Below the pieces are notes generated by a model that saw nothing but the letters and a program-made list of their open reading frames with translations, was not told the origin of the DNA and made no database searches. A stretch of 43,226 nucleotides of DNA, from NCBI GenBank assembly GCA_011389835.1, contig JAABTO010000009.1, positions 1 through 43,226 of the forward strand, read 5' to 3'. Both the position numbers and the translations under genes were made by a program. Shown here piece after piece: positions 28,509-38,352 of the stretch. Numbering within the stretch: position 1 is the first letter of the stretch; every line of letters begins with the position of its first letter. The stretch comes from Desulfotignum sp. (GTDB lineage: Bacteria > Desulfobacterota > Desulfobacteria > Desulfobacterales > Desulfobacteraceae).

Positions 28509-29693
28509 ATGCTTCTTCACCTGGACCTGATTTCCGGGATCAGCGGTGACATGTGTCTGGGGGCGCTGGTGGATCTGGGGGTGGCCCCTGAATGGCTTGA
28601 AGCTGAATTGACCCCGCTGTTTAAAGGATTTTCCATTCAGACCGCTTTGGTGTTCCGCAACGCCCTGCGGGCGGTTGATCTGACAGTGACTGTAAACGAC
28701 CATGAGACATCCCGTAATTATTCGGATATCCGGGCATTAATCGAATCTGCAGATCTGCCGCCGGCGGTCCGGAAAAACAGCCTGGCCGCATTCAAAAAAA
28801 TCGCGCAGGCCGAAGCCGCCATTCACGGCCGGGACATCGAAACCGTTCATTTTCATGAAATCGGCGGCATCGATTCTCTGGTGGATATCCTGGGCACTTT
28901 TCTGGCGGTCGATCATCTGGGCATCACCCGGGTGACCGCATCAAAAGTCCCGCTGGGATCCGGTTTCGTGGATTGCGCCCATGGCCGGATTCCGGTGCCC
29001 GTGCCGGCCACGCTGGCGATTTTGAAAAACATTCCTGTGACCGGGTCTGATGCCACCACAGAGATCGTCACCCCCACGGGTGCCGCCATTCTTGCGGTTC
29101 TGGCCACCCGTTTCGGACCCATGCCTCCCATGCAGGTGGAAAAAATCGGATACGGGGCCGGCAAAAGAGACACGGGATCCCGAATGCCCAACCTGCTGCG
29201 TCTGGTCCTGGGCCGGGCCGCCTCCGGGCCGGACACCGGCAGATCAGCAATCCGGTCCGAATCCATCGCAGTGCTTACTACCCAGGTGGATGACATGAAC
29301 CCGGAAATACTGGGATTTGTCATGGACCATCTCCTGGAAAAAGGAGCCCTGGACGTGACCTTTGCCCCGGTGCACATGAAAAAGAACCGGCCCGGTACCC
29401 GGGTGGAGGTGCTGTGCCGGCCCAAAGACCGGGATGCCATGATTCAGGAAATCCTGACCCAGACCACGGCCATCGGGGTCCGTTACCAGGCCTGTGACCG
29501 GGCCGAGCTGCATCGGGAACCCTGTGTCATGGATACGGTGTTTGGCAAGGTGGCGGCTAAAAAAATCCGGAATCCGGACGGCAGTGAACGCCGGGTGCCG
29601 GAATACGAGGCCCTGGCCGGGATTGCCCGGGATCAGGGAATTTCTTTGAAAACCGTTTATGAACAGGTGTTGGGAAATTTTCTTGACAGGTAA
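28509..29693 (+). CDS. larC: Nickel-pincer cofactor biosynthesis nickel insertase LarC
   Basis: SGISGDM.LGAL, AEA.IHG, VHFHEIGG.DS, HG.IPVPVPAT, TPTGAA, DDMNPE, MKKNRPG, PEYE. Confidence 0.92.
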   Translation: MLLHLDLISGISGDMCLGALVDLGVAPEWLEAELTPLFKGFSIQTALVFRNALRAVDLTVTVNDHETSRNYSDIRALIESADLPPAVRKNSLAAFKKIAQAEAAIHGRDIETVHFHEIGGIDSLVDILGTFLAVDHLGITRVTASKVPLGSGFVDCAHGRIPVPVPATLAILKNIPVTGSDATTEIVTPTGAAILAVLATRFGPMPPMQVEKIGYGAGKRDTGSRMPNLLRLVLGRAASGPDTGRSAIRSESIAVLTTQVDDMNPEILGFVMDHLLEKGALDVTFAPVHMKKNRPGTRVEVLCRPKDRDAMIQEILTQTTAIGVRYQACDRAELHREPCVMDTVFGKVAAKKIRNPDGSERRVPEYEALAGIARDQGISLKTVYEQVLGNFLDR

Positions 29694-29711
29694 CCCAGCA
29701 GATTATAGATA
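29683..29711 (+). promoter_or_regulatory. Putative sigma70 promoter for pgpA-recA
   Basis: TTGACA-N17-TAGATA overlapping the end of larC. Confidence 0.45.
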
Positions 29712-29729
29712 AAAAAGGATAACCATGTC

Positions 29730-30200
29730 ATGGCAGGACCATGGAGAAATCGACTGATTCTGGCGGCTGCCACCGGGTTCGGCCTGGGATACAGCCCTGT
29801 GGCACCCGGTACGGTGGGAACGCTGGGGGCCCTGCCGCTGATCTGGATATGTCAACGCATTCCGGTTGCGGTCCATGCATTCCTTCTGGTGTGCTTTATT
29901 CTGGCGGCCGTGTTTGTGGCGGATCAGGCGGAAAAGATGCTCGGGCAAAAAGACCCCGGCGCCATCGTCATCGATGAGATGGCCGGTTACTGGGTCACGA
30001 TGTGCCTGGTACCGGTGACCCCTGTCACGCTGGTGACCGGGTTTGTGGCATTCCGGTGTTTTGATGTGTTCAAAATTTTACCGGTGCGGTATTTTGAAAA
30101 ACAATTTTCCGGCGGTGCCGGTGTGGTGCTTGACGATATCATGGCAGGGGTGCTGGCGGCACTCACAGTCAAATGTTTATATATTTTAGGGGTGCATTAG
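29730..30200 (+). CDS. pgpA: Phosphatidylglycerophosphatase A
   Basis: APGTVGT, KDPGAIVIDE, FRCFDVFK, GVVLDD. Confidence 0.93.
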   Translation: MAGPWRNRLILAAATGFGLGYSPVAPGTVGTLGALPLIWICQRIPVAVHAFLLVCFILAAVFVADQAEKMLGQKDPGAIVIDEMAGYWVTMCLVPVTPVTLVTGFVAFRCFDVFKILPVRYFEKQFSGGAGVVLDDIMAGVLAALTVKCLYILGVH

Positions 30201-30209
30201 GAGACACGT

Positions 30210-31253
30210 ATGGAAAAAAATGCAGACAAGGACAAAGCAGTACAGACGGCCATGGGGCAGATTGAACGACAGTTCGGCAAAGGCGCCATTATGAAACTGG
30301 GCGGCCGGGTAGTGGAACAGGTGCCGGTGATCCGGACCGGTTCACTGGCCCTGGACAAGGCGTTGGGTGTGGGGGGGTATCCCCGGGGCAGAGTGGTTGA
30401 AATCTATGGCCCGGAATCATCCGGAAAAACCACCCTTGCCCTGCATGCCGTGGCCCAGGCTCAGAAAAAAGGGGGCATTGCCGCGTTCATCGATGCGGAA
30501 CACGCCCTGGATGTGGGATATGCCAAACGGCTGGGGGTGGATTGTGACGAACTGCTGGTGTCCCAGCCGGATACCGGAGAGCAGGCCCTGGAGATCGCGG
30601 ACATGCTGATCCGCAGCGGCGGCATCGATGTCCTGATTGTGGATTCCGTGGCCGCACTGGTGCCCCGGTCCGAAATCGAGGGCGAAATGGGGGATTCCCA
30701 CATGGGACTCCAGGCCCGTCTCATGTCCCAGGCATTGCGAAAACTGGCTGGTACGCTTGGAAAGACCCATACCACCATCATATTCATCAACCAGATCCGC
30801 ATGAAAATCGGGGTGGTATACGGCAACCCCGAGACCACCACCGGGGGCAACGCCCTGAAATTCTATGCTTCCATGCGCCTGGAAATCCGGCGGGTCTCCC
30901 CCATCAAGGAGGGCCAGGACATCATCGGCAACCGGACCCGGGTCAAGGTGGTGAAAAACAAGCTGGCGCCGCCGTTCAAGGATGTGGAATTCGACCTCAT
31001 GTACGGGGAAGGTATCTCCAGAACCGGGGATCTGCTGGATATGGGGGTGATCCTGAACATCGTCGACAAGAGCGGTTCCTGGTATTCATTTGAAGGCGAA
31101 CGCATCGGCCAGGGCAGAGAAAATGTCAAAGCGTTTCTGGTGGAAAACCCGGATATTTTTGCCACAATCGAAACCCGGGTCCGCGAAGCTTTAGGCATTG
31201 CCGACGCAAATAAATCCGAAGAAGCGCCCAAAGCCGCAAAATCCAACACCTGA
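30210..31253 (+). CDS. recA: Recombinase A
   Basis: [33 protein letters not shown]; no intein or intron. Confidence 0.99.
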   Translation: MEKNADKDKAVQTAMGQIERQFGKGAIMKLGGRVVEQVPVIRTGSLALDKALGVGGYPRGRVVEIYGPESSGKTTLALHAVAQAQKKGGIAAFIDAEHALDVGYAKRLGVDCDELLVSQPDTGEQALEIADMLIRSGGIDVLIVDSVAALVPRSEIEGEMGDSHMGLQARLMSQALRKLAGTLGKTHTTIIFINQIRMKIGVVYGNPETTTGGNALKFYASMRLEIRRVSPIKEGQDIIGNRTRVKVVKNKLAPPFKDVEFDLMYGEGISRTGDLLDMGVILNIVDKSGSWYSFEGERIGQGRENVKAFLVENPDIFATIETRVREALGIADANKSEEAPKAAKSNT

Positions 31254-31280
31254 TACCCGGAATCTTATACCTGATACCCA
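31239..31280 (+). repeat. Degenerate heptamer repeats with a 21-bp higher-order period
   Basis: AAATCCA ACACCTG ATACCCG GAATCTT ATACCTG ATACCCA; ACCTGATACCC occurs at 31248 and 31269. Confidence 0.65.
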
Positions 31281-31296
31281 AATTCGGAGCATTTAT

Positions 31297-33924
31297 ATGA
31301 CAGGCAACGAAGCCCGTAAACTTTTCCTGGATTATTTTAAAAACCATGATCACCAGGTGGTGAGATCTTCGTCTCTGGTTCCCCAGGACGACCCGACCCT
31401 GCTGTTTGTGAACGCCGGTATGGTTCAGTTCAAACGGGTGTTCACCGGGGATGAAAAACGCGATTACCAGCGGGCCGTGACCGCCCAGAAATGTGTCCGG
31501 GCCGGCGGCAAGCACAATGACCTGGAAAATGTGGGATACACGGCCCGGCACCACACCTTTTTCGAAATGCTGGGCAATTTTTCATTTGGGGATTATTTCA
31601 AGGAAAAAGCCATTGCCTACGGCTGGGATTTGCTCACCAACGGGTATGGGTTTGATCCGGACAAGCTGCATGTATCCATATACACGGATGATGATGAAGC
31701 CTTTGCCATCTGGCGCGACCAGGTAGGGGTGCCCGAAGACCGCATCTCCCGTCTCGGAGAGGAAGACAATTTCTGGGCCATGGGGGATACCGGGCCGTGC
31801 GGGCCGTGCAGTGAAATCCATATCGACCGGGGCGAGGCCTATGGCTGCGGCAGACCCGACTGTGCGGTGGGATGTGACTGCGACCGGTGGCTGGAGCTGT
31901 GGAACCTGGTGTTCATGCAGTTTTACAGAGACGAAACCGGCACCCTGACGCCCTTACCCAAACCCAGCATCGACACCGGTCTTGGCCTGGAACGGATTAT
32001 TTCCGTGCTCCAGGATGTGCCCACCAATTTTGACACAGACCTGTTTGTGCCCATCATGGAAAAGGTAGGCGAACTTTCCGGCCGGAAACGCAAAGAATCC
32101 GACCAGGTCGAAGTGGCCATGAAAGTGATTGCGGACCACTCCCGGGCCACCGCCTTTCTGGTGTGTGACGGGGTGCTGCCGTCCAACGAGGGCAGGGGAT
32201 ATGTGCTGCGCCGCATCATGCGGCGGGCCATCCGGTACGGCCGGAGCATCGGGTTGACCCGGCCGTTCTTTCATGACACCGTCCAGACCGTGTTCGATAT
32301 CATGGATGAGGCATATCCGGAACTCAAAGAGTCGGCCCCGTTCATTCTCAAAGTGGTGAAAAACGAAGAAAACAAATTTCTGGAAACCCTGGATACGGGC
32401 ATGAAACTGCTGGAAGCCACCCTGGCCGAGCTGGCCGCCAAAGGGGACACCATGATTTCCGGAGAGGTGATTTTCCGGCTGTATGACACGTTCGGATTTC
32501 CCGTGGACATTATTGCGGATCATGTGAAAGACACGGACATCACCCTGGATCTGGACGGATTTGAAAGCGCCATGGCGCAGCAGAAAGCCCGGTCCAAGTC
32601 GGTAAAGAAATTCACCGGGGCCGGCGATGTGTACAAACCGTTGATTGCCGAGGGCGTGAAAACCCGGTTTCTGGGGTATGACCGCCTGACCACGGCGTCA
32701 AAACTGCTGATCATTGTGCAGGACAATCAGGAGCTGTCCAAAGCCAAAAAAGGGGATGTTGTAGATCTGGTTACCGCCGATACCGTATTTTACGCGGAAT
32801 CCGGGGGCCAGGCCGGGGATGCCGGCGTATTTGAAAACAATGACTGCACCATCGAGATCACGGACACCTCGTCTGATCCGTCCGGACTGGTTATCCACCA
32901 CGGCACCGTGACCCGGGGCCGGTGCGCCAAAGGGGATGAATTCACGCTGACGGTGGATGCGGAACGTCGCCGGAAAACCGCAGTGAACCACACCGCGACC
33001 CATATCCTGCATGCTGCGTTGAGACAGGTTCTCGGGGATCATGTGAAACAGGCCGGATCCCTGGTCACCCATGACCGGCTGCGGTTTGATTTTACCCATT
33101 TTTCCGCGGTGACGGATCCGGAAAAACAGGCCATCGAGAATTTCGTGAACCAGCGCATCCGGGAAAACCATGCGGTATCCACCCATGAAATGGCCATGGA
33201 AGAGGCGGTCCACGAAGGGGCCACTGCCCTGTTTGAGGAAAAATACGGGGACAGGGTCCGGGTGGTGGCCCAGGGGAAATTTTCCAAAGAACTGTGCGGT
33301 GGTACCCACACCCGGCGGTCCGGAGATATCGGGCTGTTCAAAATGGTGTCTGAAGGCGGCATCGCTTCGGGGGTCCGCCGCATCGAGGCGGCCACCGGCC
33401 AGGCGGCCATGGATCTGGTACATGCGGAACATCAGGCCCTGGAATCCGCGGCCGTTCTGCTGAAAACCGGCCGGACCGAGGTGCTGCAAAGGCTTGAAGC
33501 GCTGATACAGGAGAAAAAAAACCTGGAAAAGGAGCTGGCATCCATCAAGGCCCAGATCGCGTCCCGGTCCGTTTCAGACATCAATGACAGCATCCGGGAG
33601 ATCAACGGGGTCCGGGTACTGTCCAAACGGGTGGAAATCGACAACCCCTCCCAGCTGCGGGATCTGGCTGATAAATTCAAGGCAAAACTGGGATCCGGGA
33701 TCCTGCTTTTGGGCGCGGAATCCAATGGCAAGGCCTTGCTGATCGCCACCGTGTCCCAGGATCTGGTGACAAAGTACAAGGCCGGGGATATCGTGAAGCA
33801 GGCGGCCCAGGTGGTGGGCGGCGGCGGCGGCGGACGGCCGGACATGGCCCAGGCCGGCGGCACCCAGCCCCGGTTTCTGGATCAGGCCCTGGAAACCGTG
33901 TATCACAGCCTGAAAACCGCCTGA
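31297..33924 (+). CDS. alaS: Alanine--tRNA ligase
   Basis: LLFVNAGM, RHHTFFEMLGNFSFGDYFK, HTATH, ELCGGTH, GGGRPDMAQAGG; start placed at ATG 31297. Confidence 0.98.
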   Translation: MTGNEARKLFLDYFKNHDHQVVRSSSLVPQDDPTLLFVNAGMVQFKRVFTGDEKRDYQRAVTAQKCVRAGGKHNDLENVGYTARHHTFFEMLGNFSFGDYFKEKAIAYGWDLLTNGYGFDPDKLHVSIYTDDDEAFAIWRDQVGVPEDRISRLGEEDNFWAMGDTGPCGPCSEIHIDRGEAYGCGRPDCAVGCDCDRWLELWNLVFMQFYRDETGTLTPLPKPSIDTGLGLERIISVLQDVPTNFDTDLFVPIMEKVGELSGRKRKESDQVEVAMKVIADHSRATAFLVCDGVLPSNEGRGYVLRRIMRRAIRYGRSIGLTRPFFHDTVQTVFDIMDEAYPELKESAPFILKVVKNEENKFLETLDTGMKLLEATLAELAAKGDTMISGEVIFRLYDTFGFPVDIIADHVKDTDITLDLDGFESAMAQQKARSKSVKKFTGAGDVYKPLIAEGVKTRFLGYDRLTTASKLLIIVQDNQELSKAKKGDVVDLVTADTVFYAESGGQAGDAGVFENNDCTIEITDTSSDPSGLVIHHGTVTRGRCAKGDEFTLTVDAERRRKTAVNHTATHILHAALRQVLGDHVKQAGSLVTHDRLRFDFTHFSAVTDPEKQAIENFVNQRIRENHAVSTHEMAMEEAVHEGATALFEEKYGDRVRVVAQGKFSKELCGGTHTRRSGDIGLFKMVSEGGIASGVRRIEAATGQAAMDLVHAEHQALESAAVLLKTGRTEVLQRLEALIQEKKNLEKELASIKAQIASRSVSDINDSIREINGVRVLSKRVEIDNPSQLRDLADKFKAKLGSGILLLGAESNGKALLIATVSQDLVTKYKAGDIVKQAAQVVGGGGGGRPDMAQAGGTQPRFLDQALETVYHSLKTA

Positions 33925-33945
33925 TCTGATGCGGCTGTCCCTGCC

Positions 33946-34977
33946 ATGACTGCGTATTTCATTCGCCGCCTGCTGCTGGTGATCCCCACGTTCATCGGCA
34001 TCACCATCATGGTGTTCACCATCACCCGGTTTGTGCCCGGCGGCCCGATCGAGCGGATCATCGCCGAAACAAGGGCCATGCAGATGGGCGGGCAGGGCAG
34101 CAGCAGTACCCGGGCCGGGCCGGGCGAAGGCCAGCCCCTGTCCCGGGAGCAGATTCAACAGCTTGAAGCCTATTACGGGTTTGACAAGCCCATTCTGCAC
34201 AGCTATGTGGCCTGGCTGGGCAAGGTGCTCCAGGGAGACCTGGGCCGCTCCACCCGATACCATGACCCGGTATGGGAAATGATCCGGGACCGCATGCCGG
34301 TGTCCCTGTATTTCGGGGGATTGAGTCTGGTCCTCATCTACGGGGTGTGCATTCCGCTGGGCATGGCCAAGGCGGTGCGGCACAAATCCGGATTTGACAC
34401 GGTGTCCTCGGTGGTGATTTTCACAGGATACGCCATTCCCGGGTGGGTGGCCGGAGTAATGATGCTGGTGCTGTTTGCCTCCCACTGGGATGTGTTTCCC
34501 CTGGGCGGCCTGGTCTCCGACCGGTTCGACCAGATGGTACTGTTGGACCGGGTCCAGGATCTGGCCCGGCACACGGTCCTGCCATTGTTCGCCTATGTGA
34601 TCGGCTCGTTTACGGTCATGACCCTGCTGATGAAAAACACGCTCATGGACAACCTGGCAGCCGATTACGTGCGTACCGCCATTGCCAAGGGCTTGTCCTT
34701 TAAAGACGCCGTGTTCCGGCATGCCCTCCGCAACAGCCTGATCCCCATTGCCACCAGTTTCGGCAACAATATCTCCATTCTGCTCATGGGATCGTTTCTC
34801 ATTGAAAAGGTGTTCAATATCGACGGCATGGGACTTTTGGGATACGAATCCGTTGTGGACCGGGACTATCCCGTGGTCATGGGCATTCTGGTGATCTCCT
34901 CTCTGCTGTTCATGATCGGTAACATTTTAAGCGATGTGTGCGTGGCCATCGTGGATCCCCGGGTGCGGTTCAAATGA
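33946..34977 (+). CDS. Peptide ABC transporter permease (YejB-like)
   Basis: IRRLLL.IPT, PGGPIE, YGFDKP, DYVRTA.AKGL, HALRNS, VDPR. Confidence 0.88.
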   Translation: MTAYFIRRLLLVIPTFIGITIMVFTITRFVPGGPIERIIAETRAMQMGGQGSSSTRAGPGEGQPLSREQIQQLEAYYGFDKPILHSYVAWLGKVLQGDLGRSTRYHDPVWEMIRDRMPVSLYFGGLSLVLIYGVCIPLGMAKAVRHKSGFDTVSSVVIFTGYAIPGWVAGVMMLVLFASHWDVFPLGGLVSDRFDQMVLLDRVQDLARHTVLPLFAYVIGSFTVMTLLMKNTLMDNLAADYVRTAIAKGLSFKDAVFRHALRNSLIPIATSFGNNISILLMGSFLIEKVFNIDGMGLLGYESVVDRDYPVVMGILVISSLLFMIGNILSDVCVAIVDPRVRFK

Positions 34978-36026
34978 AACGGTTTGCCCTCAATCCGGTC
35001 ACGCGGCGCAAAATCAAACGGTTTGTTTCCATCCGCCGGGGGTTCTGGTCGTTTCTGATCATCACCAGCCTGATCATGTTTTCCTTTGCCGCGGAACTGT
35101 TCATCAATTCCCGGGCCCTGGTGGTGAGATATCAGGGAACCTGGTATTTTCCCACCTATGGAAAGATGATTCCCGGCACCACGTTCGGCCTGGATTACCA
35201 GTATGAAACCGATTACCGGGAACTCAAACAGATTTTTCACCAGGCCGGCCGGGGCGATGTCGTGATTCTGCCGCCGGTCCCCTACAACCCTTATGAAAAC
35301 GACCTTCGCCTCAACCAGTACCCCCCGTTTCCCCCGTCGGCAGAAGACCGTCACTTTCTGGGCACCGACAATGTGGGCAGAGACATTCTGGCCCGGCTGG
35401 TCTACGGGTTCCGCACCGCTATTTTGTTTTCATTTTTTCTGCTGGCGATCAACTACACCATCGGGATTTTCATCGGTTGCGCCATGGGGTATTTCGGGGG
35501 GAAGTTTGATTTGTTTTTCCAGAGGGTCATCGAAATCTGGTCCAATATTCCGTTTCTGTATGTCATCATTATCGTGTCATCGATTCTGGTACCCAGCTTC
35601 ATGATCCTGCTGCTGATCATGGCGTTTTTCGGATGGATCAGCATCACCTGGGTCATGCGCACCATGACCTACAAGGAAAAGGAAAGAGAATATGTCCTGG
35701 CGGTGCGGTCCCTGGGGGCCTCCCATTTCCGCATCATTTTCCGGCACATCATTCCCAACACCATCTCGGTGATCGTCACCTACGCGCCCTTTGCCATCTC
35801 CAGCGGAATTGTGGCCCTGACTTCCCTGGACTACCTGGGATTCGGCCTGCCCGCGCCCACACCCTCCTGGGGGGAACTGCTCTCCCAGGGATGGCAGAAC
35901 ATGGAAGCCTGGTGGATCTCCGCCTCCGTGGTGGGTGCGCTGGTGGTCACGCTCATGACCGTGACCTTTACCGGCGAAGGGATCCGGGAAGCGTTCGATC
36001 CCAAACAGCACACCATTTACGAATAG
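34974..36026 (+). CDS. Peptide ABC transporter permease (YejE-like)
   Basis: RRGFWS, LGTDNVGRDILARLVYGFR, LDYLGFGLP, REAFDP; ATGA overlap with the upstream gene. Confidence 0.88.
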   Translation: MKRFALNPVTRRKIKRFVSIRRGFWSFLIITSLIMFSFAAELFINSRALVVRYQGTWYFPTYGKMIPGTTFGLDYQYETDYRELKQIFHQAGRGDVVILPPVPYNPYENDLRLNQYPPFPPSAEDRHFLGTDNVGRDILARLVYGFRTAILFSFFLLAINYTIGIFIGCAMGYFGGKFDLFFQRVIEIWSNIPFLYVIIIVSSILVPSFMILLLIMAFFGWISITWVMRTMTYKEKEREYVLAVRSLGASHFRIIFRHIIPNTISVIVTYAPFAISSGIVALTSLDYLGFGLPAPTPSWGELLSQGWQNMEAWWISASVVGALVVTLMTVTFTGEGIREAFDPKQHTIYE

Positions 36027-36041
36027 CCTGATTCAGTTTTG

Positions 36042-36902
36042 TCAATACACCTTGCGGCGGGAAAAGCCTCTGCCCAGGACATTGAAAGTGTTTTCCGTGA
36101 TCATGAACGCGTCGGGATCGATGTTGAACACAATCTCTTCGATGCGTTTGATCTGGAACGTGTTGGCTACGGTGAGCAGTACTTCCCTGTCTTCACCTGT
36201 GTATGCTCCCCGGCCCTTGAGAAAGGTGGCGCCCCGCTGCATTTTTTCTATGATCTGGTCGGCAATGGCCGGCAGGTCCCTGGAGATGATCAAAATCATT
36301 TTGCGCTGGTTGAACAGACCCATGCAGTATTCAATGGCCTGGGAAGCGATGTAGGAAGTGGCCATGGAATACAGAATGATATCGGTGTCCAGATATCCGA
36401 AACTGCCTGCGAACAGCACGAAATTAAACATGAAGTTGTAGGTGCCGATACGCAGACTGAATTTCTGGTTGAGCAGAATGGAAATGATGTCGTTGCCCCC
36501 GCCGGATCCCAGGGACCGGAAAACGATGCCGGATCCGGCCCCCACCAGGGTCCCGCCGGCCAGGGCCGCCAGCCACGGGTCGGAGATGTCGAACGTGAAG
36601 TTCACCAGGTCAAAGAAAAGGGTGAGGATACCGGCCCCGTACAGGCTGTAGTACAAAAACCGCTTGCTGATGAATTTCCATCCGATAACAAACACCGGGA
36701 CGTTCAAAATCAGGTACCAGATGCCGGGGGTCAGGATGTCCGATCCGTAGTAGAACAGCAGGCCCAGACCCGAAAACCCGCCCGTGATCATGCCGTGGGG
36801 AATGATCGCCGCCTTGATGCCCACGGCCACGATCACGCTGCCCAGGGTGATCAGAAACAGGTTCCAGGGAATGGAATAGACAATATTGGTATTTGACTTC
36901 AT
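36042..36902 (-). CDS. YitT family membrane protein (DUF161 + DUF2179)
   Basis: GGFSG, LNVP, GS.GG.DI, RGAT...G.GAYTG, IDPDAF. Confidence 0.9.
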   Translation of the reverse strand: MKSNTNIVYSIPWNLFLITLGSVIVAVGIKAAIIPHGMITGGFSGLGLLFYYGSDILTPGIWYLILNVPVFVIGWKFISKRFLYYSLYGAGILTLFFDLVNFTFDISDPWLAALAGGTLVGAGSGIVFRSLGSGGGNDIISILLNQKFSLRIGTYNFMFNFVLFAGSFGYLDTDIILYSMATSYIASQAIEYCMGLFNQRKMILIISRDLPAIADQIIEKMQRGATFLKGRGAYTGEDREVLLTVANTFQIKRIEEIVFNIDPDAFMITENTFNVLGRGFSRRKVY

Positions 36903-37024
36903 GGGATCTTCCTCGATGATATTTTCTATGATTTTCTATGAAATGATTGCTTGTAAATCACCGATAATACGATCAGATCCCGCAAAACGCAAGCAAATTC
37001 TAAGTCCCCGATCCCCCCAAAACC

Positions 37025-37113
37025 CTCCAGCCCTCCGGGGGACGTGGTGCCTGGACCGTCGGATGACGCCATTCCGGGCCGGGCACCACGTCCCCCGGAG
37101 GGCGGGTCTGGAG
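37025..37113. repeat. Long GC-rich intergenic palindrome
   Basis: Perfect 22-bp arms at 37030-37051 (GCCCTCCGGGGGACGTGGTGCC) and 37082-37103, with further inner and outer pairing. Confidence 0.9.
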
Positions 37114-37161
37114 AAGAAACTTCTTCAGGTTTCAGTTGCCGGGTTAGTAACCGGGCGCCTG

Positions 37162-37656
37162 CTATTTCTGGTTGTCATCCATTTTGTTCAGTTCCCGCAG
37201 AATGCCCAAAGGCGACTGGCCAAATGCCAGGGACTGAATTTTTTTCATTCGCTGGACATCATTTTCAAATTTCTTTTTCAGACGGGACTCATACGCTTCT
37301 TTGATGGTTTCCACCAGTTTGTCAAATCCGCAGGGTTTTTCCAGCACCTTGAAGGCGCCCAGTTTGGTGCATGCCACTGCCGTGTCAACGGTGGCATGGC
37401 CGGACAGGATGATGACTTCCAGAAACCGGTGGCTTTTCTTCAGGGTCTCCAGCAGCTGGACCCCGTCGATACCGGGCATCTGTAGATCTACCACCGCCAC
37501 GTCAAACCGGGCTTTTTTTGACACCTCGATGGCATCTTCGCCATTGGTTGCCGGGGTGATGTCAAAGAATTTGAGTTTCAGCCGTTCAGTCAGGGCGTTG
37601 AGAAATTTTTCCTCGTCATCCACCAGCAGCAGATGAAGTTTTTCGGTTTCGGTCAT
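37162..37656 (-). CDS. Response regulator receiver with C-terminal helical tail, no DNA-binding domain
   Basis: LLVDDE, VVDLQMPG, LSGHA, LEKP, then a tail of about 40 aa. Confidence 0.9.
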   Translation of the reverse strand: MTETEKLHLLLVDDEEKFLNALTERLKLKFFDITPATNGEDAIEVSKKARFDVAVVDLQMPGIDGVQLLETLKKSHRFLEVIILSGHATVDTAVACTKLGAFKVLEKPCGFDKLVETIKEAYESRLKKKFENDVQRMKKIQSLAFGQSPLGILRELNKMDDNQK

Positions 37657-37671
37657 GGCTTCCTCCAGAGT

Positions 37672-38334
37672 TTAATATGGTTTGGTATTCATGATGGTCA
37701 GTTCCAGGCCGGTATCTGTTACAGCAAACGCCGCGTTCAGGGCCTGTGCTACCTCAGCGATCCGGGGATCTGGAAAATCGGTGAGATCCACCGGCGGGTC
37801 AGGGGAAAATATCACGGTGACCCCGGATGACTGCGTGTCCTTGACTGCCAGGGTCAGTTCCGCTTTGGGATCCATTGCCCGGTACAGGGCGCTCAGTGTT
37901 TTGTATATCAGGGCCTGGAACAGAAAAGGGCTGGTGAGAATTGAGCTGTCTTCCGATGAATTTTCCAGTGGCGCTTTCAGGTGGGTTTTCCTGGCAAAAC
38001 TCAGAAATCCGGTCAGCTTGACGGCCAGTGTCAGTGCGTCACTGATCCGGATATCATTGACCGGATCATCCACACTGTGGGCGAACCGGTTCATCTGCCG
38101 GATGGTGTCAAATCCCCGCTCGATCTCTTCGGCAATACTGTTGCTGCAGTTTTCCAGCAAAGACAGATCAAAGGGTTTACCCTGTTTGGACAGCTGGGTC
38201 AGGTCGTTCAGAAAACCGGCGGTCTCTGAAATGATGGCAAAAATATTTTTCAGTTCATGGGAAATGCTGGCATTCACCGATCCGAAAAACTGAAGCCCCT
38301 GCTTGTGGACCAGGTCGCTGGTGTGTGATGTCAT
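37672..38334 (-). CDS. DHp (HisKA)-containing pseudo-kinase / putative phosphotransferase
   Basis: H-box SISHELKNIFAIISETAG; no sensor domain; no recognisable N, G1, F or G2 boxes. Confidence 0.7.
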   Translation of the reverse strand: MTSHTSDLVHKQGLQFFGSVNASISHELKNIFAIISETAGFLNDLTQLSKQGKPFDLSLLENCSNSIAEEIERGFDTIRQMNRFAHSVDDPVNDIRISDALTLAVKLTGFLSFARKTHLKAPLENSSEDSSILTSPFLFQALIYKTLSALYRAMDPKAELTLAVKDTQSSGVTVIFSPDPPVDLTDFPDPRIAEVAQALNAAFAVTDTGLELTIMNTKPY

Positions 38335-38352
38335 GATTGATCTCTCCCTTTG

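Noticed and set aside
29683-29730. LexA/SOS box upstream of pgpA-recA
   Set aside because: No convincing match to any LexA motif I know.
36921-36940. ATTTTCTATG twice upstream of yitT
   Set aside because: Only two 10-bp copies in AT-rich DNA; it could be an operator but cannot be told from chance.
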